Source of the DNA: Octopus sinensis
Taxonomy: Eukaryota
Reading direction: 5' to 3'
Length of the DNA: 64,000 nucleotides
Assembly (NCBI RefSeq): GCF_006345805.1
Contig: NC_042999.1
Location: 73,656,001-73,720,000 of the forward strand
Shown here in pieces: positions 1-12,128 of the stretch. Under the pieces are notes generated by a model. That model ran no database searches, was not told where the DNA came from, and saw only the letters and a list, made by a program, of their open reading frames with translations. Numbering within the stretch: the stretch's first letter is position 1; each line of letters opens with the position of its first letter. The position numbers and the translations under genes were made by a program.

Positions 1-378
1 GAGGAAAACGTTTTTTTTTGTTGTTTTATTTTTTTGCTTTGTTTTGTTGATAATCCAGAGGTTAAAAACAATTTGGGAAACGGGGGGGCTGAAAAAAAAC
101 TGTAGTTTTATTCAACAGTTGAATAAAGCAGCTCCTGTTGCTGCTTATGTTGCTGTATCCACACTAATCACCCTGTAATTATGTCAAACATGTGCTGGGC
201 ACAGCACATGTTTGACTAAAGTTACAATACTTAGTTGAGCATGTAAGTGTGTATAAATGTATATGCAAGAAGTATTATGCATGCATCATCAGTATTTGTA
301 TAAATCAATGCATGTCAGTGGACAAAGAGCTAAGTCTGAAGTTGTCAGTATGCCAGGAGAATTAATATAGGCTGAGTA
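1..378 (-). other. 3'UTR of the AGFG gene (may extend past the window edge)
   Basis: Follows the stop codon. Minus-strand AATAAA hexamers at 107-112 and 25-30 are possible but unproven poly(A) signals. Confidence 0.7.
183..216. promoter_or_regulatory. Perfect 15-bp stem, 4-nt loop hairpin in the 3'UTR
   Basis: GTCAAACATGTGCTG (183-197), GGCA, CAGCACATGTTTGAC (202-216): exact reverse complements. Function unknown. Confidence 0.6.
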
Positions 379-438
379 TCACAAGAAAGGGTTTGTGGAA
401 CTGCTTCGAGGTGGAACTTGCTGTTGTGTGGCAGCAGA
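379..438 (-). CDS. AGFG1: AGFG terminal coding exon: [19 protein letters not shown]
   Basis: Acceptor ttctttttttag, phase 0, TGA at 381-379; C-terminal STNPFL as in AGFG1. Confidence 0.92.
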   Translation of the reverse strand, partial: SAATQQQVPPRSSSTNPFL

Positions 439-3400
439 CTAAAAAAAGAAGAATAATTTTTCTTAAAAGATACAACATAAAACAATAGTCATTATTTTTA
501 TATAACTTATAAATAAAGAAATGATTAAATGCCAACATTCTACATTGTTATTGAAGAAAATCAATACAGAGAGACTAATTATTGATAAATATTAATTTAT
601 AAGTTTATAACTTTTCAGACTATTTATAGACTTTATCTTAGAAAGTACATTTACATGTTTCAGCTTAAACTCCAAGTTTCATTATCTTACACTGGATTCA
701 AGTTAGGAACTTTTATTTCTAAGTTAAAGAATGAAAGCTTTGTTGAGTCTAGGGAGAGTCATTATGCCAATACTACTATTAACACATGCACTGGTTCAAT
801 TTCATTCCTTTATTAATAGTCAATTGGTTAAATATCCAACTAATTGATTGTTTAATCTGGTTAAACATGACCATACATGACAGGTGCATGTGCATGCACA
901 CAAACTCATATGCAGACACATTCAAGCATGCATACACAAGGAAGTAGAAGTACACACAGATACACAAACACACAAGCATGCACAGACACATGAATACGCA
1001 GAAGAATACATACAAGCATACAAACGTGCACACTGTTGCACACACACACACATGCAACAAGGTTTCAAGCAGACAAACAGGGCCTCTGTAACGGACTAAG
1101 AAGAAAGTCATTGAAAAAGTTGCAAATAGCAACAAAAGTGCTTTTACAAAAAATGAAAAGAAAAAAGAAGAGAAAAATGACAAACAAAAACAAAATAAAT
1201 GACTAAATTAAACAAACAAATGATTAGTTAGTTGGATATTTAACCAATTGTCTAATAATAAAGGAGTGGAATTGAACCAGTGCGTGTGTTAATATTGGCA
1301 TAATGACTCTCCCTAGACAACAAAATTTGTTTCAACATACGAATTCACATAAAGAATCTTGCAAACCAGATACAAAAACAAAATGAAAGCTTTTAGTCAC
1401 TAGGTCATTGATGGCTGTATAATTAGTGATATGATTTTAGTTTATTTCAATTTACATTTATATTGAGCTGAAGTCAACACTAGGCTAACTGATTGAGTTA
1501 TCATACATATAACTATAAGGTTATAATAGTTCAGAAAATTTAGAATCTTAACAACTTCTCTCATTATATTATATTTGGAATGGTCATTTTTTTTTTGTTG
1601 CTAAATAAAGAAATGCGCTATACATTTGTTCTTCATTTGTTTATTAATGTTCTTATTTTATGTCCATTGTCTGGAAATCTTTCGTCACAGGTGGCCATTC
1701 CAAAATATAACAATATCTGTTTCAACACACAGTTTCATTTCAGGAATCTTGCAAAAATTCATAAATGTAACTGCTAGGTGGTTGGTGTTAGGAAGGGCAT
1801 CCAGCTGTAAAAATCCTGCCAAAAGTCACAGAAGTCTGATGCAGGCTTCTACTTGGCTGGCTCCTGTCAAACTGTCCCACCCATGCCAGCATGGAAGGCA
1901 ACATTAAAACAATGATGATGATATAATTTATCTCAGAATTACAAATATTTAATAAACAATCTACAGATGACCATTGTCCTTGGAACTTCTATTCCACTTT
2001 CTTATTATCCTCCCTTCCCCTTTCTGTGCCTTCTGCCATACTCCATCTTAACATATATCTGCCATCCCATCCTACCCACTATAGCCGCCTTTATGTACCT
2101 CTACATCTCTCTTCCCACTACTCCTATGTTTTACATATCATCCCTCTACCTTCTGATCTAACTTCCACCTTGTCCCACTTCTGTCTCACTTTACTCCCTC
2201 TCCATGCTGGTATTTCCCCCAATAACTGCACCCCCACCTTTGTTCATCACTGCATTCACCTCTATCCCTATCTCTAACCATTTGTTACTTTCTTTTCCCA
2301 CACCTGTGTAAATACACCCCTCCTGCCTTCTTCTATTGTATCTGTTATTCATAGCTTCCCTTATGTTCATCTTCTTGTACTTTGGGAGTATGCTCTGGCA
2401 TCCATCACTACCACCTTTATAATCTTACCAGCTACTCCCACCATTATTTAATGTAGGGGTAACAATGTATCTCCTTTATAGCCTGTGCTTGTTCCCCTAC
2501 CATACTTTAGCCTGGCATAAAGTCACCTCCCTTTCTCAAATACTACCCCACACACACACACACTTCGTTCATAGGAGCATTTTCCATTCTTTTTTGTCTT
2601 GCAAGTTACTTAGCAACCCCACTAATACCAGTGGCATGGAAAAAAAGCACTCAGTACACACTGTAAAGTAGTTGGCATTAGAAAGTGGGGCATCTAGCCA
2701 TAAAAACCATGTCTAAACTGACATTAGAGCTTGATGCAGCCCTGTAACTCACAAGATACTGTCAAATCATTCAAGCCATGCTAGCATGGAAAATGTACAT
2801 TAAATAATGATAAATATTTCTCTTAAAATAATATTGCACATCCATGGCATTGTTGCTGTGCTCTGCTCTTTCTGGAAATAATAATCTACATGATTTACTT
2901 TGAAACTTGGATATCTCCCACACACTGCTTTTTTAAAATACAGTATACAATATGTTCAAGAATAAGAATGTAAACTTTACATATTGAACTATACATATTG
3001 AACCAATAAAGAAAATTTACATATAACAAAAGAAAACTTACCATGAAAGGATTAGCTGAAGGAACAGAATTTGGAGCCCAACCACTTCCAAAAGCCTGGG
3101 CTGCAGGATGTGTAGCAAATCCACTGAACTTGTCCATTTGCCCTGGAGGAGCAAATGCTTGCATTGACTGCTGAGGCACTCCAAATGTTTGCACCGACTG
3201 CTGAGGTATACCAAAGCCAGCTGATGTTGCAGGAGACATAGCATTAAAGCTACCATTCTGCATACCAAATTGGTTAAAACCAGCATTGGTAGTGGGCTGC
3301 ACTTGATTGCTAAAGAGAGAAGTTGTTCCATTACCTCCATTTCCCCCCGCTGGAGTGCCTATGGCAAAAGGATTTCCTCCACCACCCACTGGTGCTTGAG

Positions 3401-6400
3401 AGAATACACTGGTTCCAAAAGGATTAGGTACTGTAAGAAAAGTAGTTTTCGTATATATTACTCTACATAAAAACATTAAATTGTCCAATATCACATATAT
3501 AAAAATCTGTCTAGTTAATTCCTAATTTGATTCATGAGATTATATCTTATTGCAAACCTTGAGCTAATGTGGAAAACCTTACTATACTGGACACTAACCT
3601 GTCCTGCTAATGCAAAATAGCACAAGTAAAAAAGAAAAACATTTATTTCGTATCTAATTTGAATAGACTGAATGACAGGTACACTATAGTATAATCAGGA
3701 TGGTTCAAATTCAGTTATTAAGCCTGCTTTTGTGTTTTCCTACTCAAATTGATTCTTATAATGTCTAATATATTTTTCCATAATGTTTAATAATAAAAAA
3801 TTATAATTTCTTAGTGATTATCAACAAAAATTATTTACAGATTTAAATATCTAATTTGAACAAAACAAAACATTTCAAAACATTAAGTTTTCTTTTTTGT
3901 AAACCTCATTTTTTTCATATTTTCCAATGAATGTTTGTAATAATTATCTTAAGTCTACAATTGGCATCAATGCTTTCAAGTAGATGGTGTTATCTATATG
4001 ATGTATATGAGAATTCTTAAGTTGCCACCAGATTTTAGAAAATTGAAATCGATCAACATCAATGGAAATTGTAGTTGTGATACCAGTGCCACATAAGAAA
4101 ACCATCCGTACATGGCTGTTGCCAGCGCCGCCCCGACTGGCCTCCGTGCCGGTGGCACGTAAAAAGCAGCATCTGATCGTGGCCGTTGCACCCATTACAC
4201 TCACGGAGTGGTTGGCGTTAGGAAGGGCATCCAGCTGTAGAAACACTGCCAGATCAGACTGGGCCTGGTGCAGCCTTCTGGCTTCCCAGACCCCAGTTGA
4301 ACCGTCCAACCCATGCTAGCATGGAAAGCGGACGTTAAACAATGATGATGATGATGAATAACAGAAAAGCTCATGGTGAGTGCATTGAAACTTTGGCTTT
4401 ACATTGGCAACTTGTATTTAAAATTTTCTAATCATCAGTAAAAGACAAGCTGCTACCCGTATAAACACACATAAATAGACACACCAGCTGCAACTACAGT
4501 TATGTCAGGTAGCTAGGCTGACAATGTTGTCACTAATACAAATAATCTCATTATATGTAATTTCCTACAAAAGCAAAACAAAAGGAATAAAACCCTGCAT
4601 CTGCATTTTCAAGCAACTACTTTATTATTTTACATATTAATGTTGCCCCCAAAGATGAATTTCTGTTGATCTTGGTCTTAAATAACAGCTGGTTCTATTC
4701 ATTAAATGTGGATGTACTTTGTGTGTGTGATGGCGATGTAAAGAAATAAGAATGAGGTAACTAAGTGGAACAGTTACCTTCTTAGTGTATGTTGTGTACA
4801 ACAATATAATGCCAGTCTAGCAGGGGAGGCATCAAATTATGATAAACTATATCAACAGATTTAACATTAACATTTCAAGAAAGCACAGTAACATATGAAG
4901 AAAATATTCGGTACAAAAGAGATCCCATAAGAATATGAACTGTTGTAAGAACTTCATTTATACTGTAAGTCAATTGTGCATTAGAAGCCGGGTCTATAGA
5001 GTGACAAAACTAATTTCAAGTTAGAGTTTGGTTGTCAATGAGCTTAGTTTGCAATCAATTTGAATTTATTTGGTTTTTCTTACATTGTTAATACTCTTGA
5101 GGAAGGCACACATATCACACAATTCTGTTTACTTTACTCTCTTGTAAAAATTGTGCTTGAGTGTCTAAAAGATCTCTATTAAGTGAAAATGTTCTTTCAA
5201 CAAAATGCATAAGGTAATGTACTTTGAAAGTTACAAAGAACAAAAACCATGAAGGACTGTATTTTTTTCTTCTATGTGAATATACAGGTAAAGTGGTAGA
5301 CCATTCAACACATGGCTGAAGGCTTGTTAGGTTATTGTGTATCTTGCATATAGGCATGTTGGTATTTGCTTCAAGCTGTTTAGTTAATGATATATGCAAC
5401 TTCTACTTCACATTTAAATTGTTATTGACAAGAAGTGTATTTGCCTTTAAAAAATACATGTTGAAACAAATATTCAAATTAGCATTTAAAAAAGAGAAAT
5501 AAAACCCTATCCATCTTCAGCAAAAATTTTAAAAAGCAGATAAGATCTTATTTTTAAGTATCATCATCATGATCATCATGCTTTCCAAGCTGGCATGGAT
5601 TAGATGGTTTGACTGGAACTGGTAAGCTGGAGAGCTACACCAGGTTCCAGCCTGATTTTGGATTGGTTCTACAGCTGGATGCCCTTCCTAATGCCAACCA
5701 CTCAGCATGTAACAGGTGCCTTTTACATGTCACTGGATGGGTATTGTTATGTGTCACCAGCCACAACTACAATTTCACTTGGCTTGATGACTATTCTCAA
5801 GTACAGCAAATCACCAAAGAGTATATGGTTAATTATCCTGTTTGAAGTTTTAGAAACATTTTCTGTAAGTCAGAAGAGTTAGAAATAACAAAGTAACCTT
5901 CTCTAAAGTTGGAAACTTTTATGACTAAACTGATCATTATGTTTTAACCTCCACTTCAATGCACTTTATTGTTCATTAATTCAGTAATTGAAATACATAA
6001 ACCACGTTTTTCATATTTGAATTAATGTTTTATAATTTATTTTCATGCTTAATTTGAAATGATACCCAGAATGAATACTGGTAAATTATATAAAGTACCA
6101 CCTAAAAAAAAATTTAAATAACAAAAAAAACCACTTCCTCCCCACTCAAACTAAAATAAACTAATGAAAACAAAGAACTATTATTTCTCTTATCAGAACT
6201 TTGAAAGTAGTTCGTGATATAAAGTAACAGTAAAAATATTTCTTGTTAACCAGTCTGCATACTACTAAAAGCTGTCATTGTAACTATTTAAACAAAAATT
6301 AGTCTTATAAAAATTTGTTAAATTAATATTGACAAATGTTTGCAGGGTGATTTCAGTGTAATGTTTATATTTATAATGTTTGGGTGTTAGACCTAATTTC

Positions 6401-9400
6401 TTGCTTGCTTCAACACTATCAACACCTATTTTCAACAAAGACTGCTCTATTAACAGCATCTGGACCATGTCATGGGTCTGAGGATAAATCAATATTTTAA
6501 TGTTGTTTCCTACTCTTTACTTGTTTCAGTCATTTGACTGCGGCCATGCTGGAGCACCGCCTTTAATTGAGCAACTCGACCAGGGACTTATTCTTTTGTA
6601 AGCCCAGTACTTATTCTATCAGTCTCTTTTGCCGAACCGCTAAGTAACGGGGACATAAACACACTAGCATCGGTTGTCAAGCAATGCTAGGGGCACAAAC
6701 ACAGATGCACAAACACACACACGCATATATATATACATATATACGACGGGCTTCTTTCAGTTTCCGTCTACCAAATCCACTCACAAGGCTTTGGTCGGCC
6801 CGAGACTATAGTAGAAGACACTTGCCCAAGGTGTCACGCAGTGGGATTGAACCCGGAACCATGTGGTTGGTAAACAAGCTACTTACCACACAGCCACTCC
6901 TGCACCTACAGTAAAAGTTCTTTTAGAAGTTCTGACACAGCCATAAAGAAATTAGCTGGTTCTAACATGAGGAATATGATAACTTCTTCGGTTTCATTTG
7001 AGGTTTCCACAAACAGTTGTTGTTGTTTAGCCCCAATTCACCCCTGATTGAGCAGAACTATGATCAAAGGCATTTTTGTCATAACCATCCCACCCTTTTA
7101 GGGATATGTAAGAATACATTGAAAGATGTGTACCTTTCTTTCATGAGCTGAGTATAGTCTGAAGGAGATTTTGCTTCTATTTGCAGCAAATCAAACAATC
7201 ACATAACTTCCTCAATGGTGCTTCAATAAACGTATGTCTGACTACATACACTAATTTATACAAGATAAACAAATATTACATACATGGACCAAAGTCTCAT
7301 TCAGTATACATTGATTGAACCTCTCAGTAGAAAAGAAATGAAATAACTGTAAATAAAGGAGCTTATCAGTTATGGCCTGGCCAGTTCAGGAGCATCCTCT
7401 TTGAAATTCTTAAGGAAGAACTTAATCATTTGTCAGCATGTTGAAATTAGTTCTGTCTTTTTTTAAGAAAAGAGTGGTGAGGAGGTGGAATTTCTCTTTC
7501 AGACAAAAGTTCTATTACTTTGACATATTTCTTTAAGCCTATGACTTATCTAAAACTGCCCATGAGATGCTGGTAGGTTTGCCTTCATTTCTTAATTTCA
7601 GAAATGTTTTTTTGGGTGCTATAGTGTTTAAAGAAGCCAACGGTATCTCATTTTATATATACACTCAATCCAAACAGTCACCAAATGCATCAAGCTTGAG
7701 CCAATAAGCATCAACAAAGTGTATTTTTCTCCAATAAAGACACCTTTAACATGGCCACAAAATACTACAGGGAAGTATTACCATGAGGTTGATAATAATA
7801 ATAATAAGAAGAAATCAATTGTTTACTATCATTACTTAGTAGCTGCCCTAAAAACACTAAAAAGAGAAATTTTATAAGGTACAGCCCACCATACAACATT
7901 GGTGTAAAAAAATCAGTGTTGCAAAATATTGTCTGAACAGCCATAAATTCCACTAGCTGTTCAACAAAAACTACTTTAAACTAAGCTACATCTTCATAAA
8001 AAAAGAATCAGAAAAACATTTCAAAGAAATGTAGAGCAAGGCAACCAATAGGCATCTGCTAATCCCAAAAGAACAAGTGCCTACAGAAAAGCATTAAATA
8101 CAATGGTGATGTTACCACCAGCAACACACGAGCAAAGTGCACATGGCTTACCACAGCTCAATCTGTGACCACCACCTGGAAAACACATTCAAAGCACATT
8201 TGAAAATTGAGATATAAAGGAAATACAATTAGCATCTCAAGGACAGGGTCACATAAGTTATAAACATTTAGGAACAAATCAAATTTCTGCAACTTTTATC
8301 TTACAGAGTATCCCCACATCTGTCATCTTGCAAAGAGTGTGGACTAATTAGTCCACACTCTTTGACCAAATTCTCCCTCAGGAATTTCGAACTGCACACT
8401 CTTGACAGATATAAGATAACAGCCAATGATTTATACCATTTACAGTCATTCAAATCCTTTCCTATTGATATGTACAATTGATTGAAGAGTTGATCAAATG
8501 AAACCATCCATGGTCTGACTATGTGATCTCTATTCATAAAGATAAACATATATCAAACTCAACTCACTTCAAGCTTAAGGTTGTATTGAATACATTTTAT
8601 ATACAACAAAATAAATGCCTCTGTGTATGTGTGTGTGTGTACATAAGTGCAAGGGTGATGTATGAGTTAAAATTATGATACAGATGCTTGTTTTATGTTT
8701 GCACTCGTAAGTATCCATCAATGGGTAACTAACTTCAGAATGAGCAAGAAATGGAGATTATGAAATTCATATGTTCCTCCATTCTAAGGATGTTAGGTTT
8801 CAATGCCAGATTGCTGATTCACTTCAGAAAAAACTTAGTTTGTGTTCTACAAGGGTTGCCACACATGTTGTTACTTCAACAACATCTTACATTCTATATT
8901 ATAAATGAGCAGCACGAACAAGAAAAACAAAGAGGAACAAAAATACAGATTTTACCCTTTATCATTCATATTACTGTCAAGTGTAATGCATATTTATTCA
9001 CATGGTTTTGAATTAATCATGAAGTATCTCATAGCTTTGCAATTTCAGTGTAATTGTTTATTTTGAAAGTGACAATCTAGGGTAGGTGTGAGAGGCTAAA
9101 TTTGGTCAGTTTGAACATAAAATAGGCAGGATATTTGGGTTGGATATGGCTGGTTGAAATGCTAAAGAGTTAAAAAAAAAAGCATTAAGAAAATTTAAAT
9201 AATCACCTGCATTTCCAAAAGCTGTTTGAGATGCAGTGACACCAACAGGAGCACCCCAGTTCATGTTGTTTGATGCATTTGCAGCACCTGCTTGTGTATT
9301 CCAATCCATCTGAGCACCACTCGTGGTAGGGACATTTCCAAAAGCAAACCCACCAGTGCTATTAGCAGTCATTGCTGAATTAACACCAGCAGTAGTGGAA

Positions 9401-12097
9401 GGAGGAGTACTCAGCCCTCCACCCCAATTGATTGCGTGGGCTGTATTATTTGGGTTGGTTGGTACATTCCATGATGTCTGTGCAGTTGTGCTCACAGCAT
9501 TGCCAGCACCACTACTGCCATTGTCAGAAAAAACACTACATAGATCTGCTAGTGCAGCATACTTATCAGTAGACTGGTTGCTGGTTGGGTGAGGATTGGA
9601 TAAAGTACTGACAGTTGAAGATGGAGGAAAGTTGGCAAATCCTCCGTTTGAAACTGTGGAAGGACCACCCAATCCTAATGGTTGCAGTGGAGCTAAAGAA
9701 GAAAAATTAAAAGAAAAAATATAAGATATATGTACTTATGTATATATACAGACATACATGCATGCATATATGTGTGTGTGTGTGTTTTACACATAGTTCT
9801 ACATAAAAAAAACATTCAAAACTTTACTGAAGGATCATTCAATACATTTAAATGTAAAATTTACTGTTTACAAAGAAAATGTTGACAGTGATTTTGAAGT
9901 TTCACTAATGGTGGCTTTGGTAGACTCTAAAATATTTTCTGTTTTTCAAGATTTTTAATGTTTTAGTTTAATTTTTTGGTGGTGTTCAAAGTTTGTGAAA
10001 TAAGTGCGGTTTAATAGTGTGTTTTCATGGTGTATAAATAGCAATTTATAGATTGACTGTGTTTTTTTTCTTTTAGAGTAAGAAAAATATTTTAATTGGT
10101 ATGTTCAACTGGAGGGTGGTAGCAGAGGGAGGAGTAGAATGAGTAGAGGAAGAAAAATAAGGCAAATAATTAGAACTGATCCTGCTTTCAATGTTCTCTT
10201 TGCTTCTCTCTCTCTCTCTCTCTATCACCTTCTAGTCCTTTGTCTTATGCTTCTACTTATTTATACATTACAAAATTACACTATCAAATTACACTTATTA
10301 GCCACCAGGCACCACCCACAATTGAACCAAAACATAAAAATATTGAGAAAAAAACAAAAACAAAGAAAAAATCTCTAGTTTCAACAAGTCATGATCTGTG
10401 ACACTTTGATGTTACTGTCATGCTTTTCTTTATATATATCACTTAATGTCCGTTTTCCATGTTGATATGCGTTGGACTATATATATATAGATATAATGAC
10501 ACAGAGACACACTAACAAAATATTCATGAACAGAATAATTAAAAAGACAGGAGCATAAGAGAGTATAATTTTCCTGTATATTATCCACATTCAATAATAG
10601 TCCACACTACCTTTTCTTTCAGAATCCTGAAGTATACTGTAATCCATCCATCCACACTTCTCACCTACATCTCAGTTCTCTCTGATACACTGCCTTGCTC
10701 ACCAGAACATCCAATGTCTCTGATCCTCATGCTGTAGAACATTGGTCAATTTCTTCCTTTCTGCTTTTCCCTTTGCTAAGTAAACCTACTGCCTACTCCT
10801 TGCTACCCCTACTCTTTCAGTTTTTCCAAACTAGTCTCTTTGCTTTTATGGCTTTGTCTACCTCACAATAGCACCACTATGTCACTCTCATTCTGGCAAC
10901 AACTTTGCACATGCCACAGACTTGGTTGTCCTGAAGGAACTTCTACATGTACATATATTCATACAAATAACACTTAATATTATAACCACCATTTTGTTTG
11001 AACTGGTACATCTAACCCCTTTTTCACTCTTAATTTTATAGCCACTGTATCAATAATTGATATCTTGTAATAACCAACTCATATCCTACTATCTAACTTC
11101 TCTCCCTCCCTATCTTTATACTTATCACAATCACCCACTCCTCTGCTGCTCTCTAATTCATAGAACTTATATTTATGCACATTATTTCCCCAAGCAGATG
11201 CCCAGCCCTTCTGATGAAAATATCAACACTTTTTTGTATAGAACTATTAAAATCCATGATCAGTGATACTTTTCCATTGCTTTCACGTATACCTACAATA
11301 TCAACTCCATATTGGACTTCTTTGCATAATATCAACTAACTATCAATTATTTGAAACAACTGTAAAAATAACACTCGATTACATCATAATTTGTACATGT
11401 AACTTCTTGTGTAAGTACATTTCTTATACCCATTTTTCTACTACCATACCTGCTGAATGATGATTATTGTTATAGTTAATTTTCAACTTCCACACTACCC
11501 AACAATGATGAAGTTGGAGCTTAAAATATGGATTTCTCTGAGCACTACTCGGTGACTATACCATATTTACGCAAACATTTTACATAAATATATACACACA
11601 TGCACAATGTACACATATGTGCATGTATGTATGTGTATTTTTATCATATGTGTATATATACATTATCAAAGTACCTAATAAAGTGTATGATATATAAGCA
11701 ATGAATTAAAACTCTGATTTCCAAAACAAATGCCTAAGGAGAAAATTTGTTATTACACAGATAACCCAATCTTACAAGTATGTAGGCTATAATGATCATA
11801 GAGTATAAATAAATAGTACATGATAAAGTGAAGAATGATTTGCTTGTGACATATTTTTTACATGTTTCAGTGATAATTGCATAATGACTACCCAAAAACA
11901 TTCCTACACAATTTTTATGTGTAGTCATTTCTTCAGAAATATTATGAATTTACATTACTTCCGAAGAAGAGTTTTGCAATAAAAATTGCATAAACATATT
12001 TTTACATAATTATTTGGTAGTCATCACTAGAACACACATAAATATGTTATAAATAAATCATTCCATACTATATTCTACACTGATGTACTATATATGA

Positions 12098-12128
<31 letters not shown>

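Noticed and set aside
779-1183. 134-aa hydrophobic, Cys-rich ORF
   Set aside because: Translation of the CA/TG-rich MITE interior.
4778-4816. 39-nt exon-like segment (cctgctag ... AAG|gtaact)
   Set aside because: It contains TAA in the required phase-1 frame; at best a poison exon, with no other support.
8046-8080. Extra exon after acceptor tttaatgcttttctgtag
   Set aside because: The nearest donor (gttgcc) is poor and gives a frameshifting 35 nt; read-through stops after ~31 codons. It cannot be excluded as an alternative terminal or poison exon.
10550-11460. Possible decayed retroelement on the minus strand
   Set aside because: Strand-skewed composition, but no protein motif I could read with confidence.
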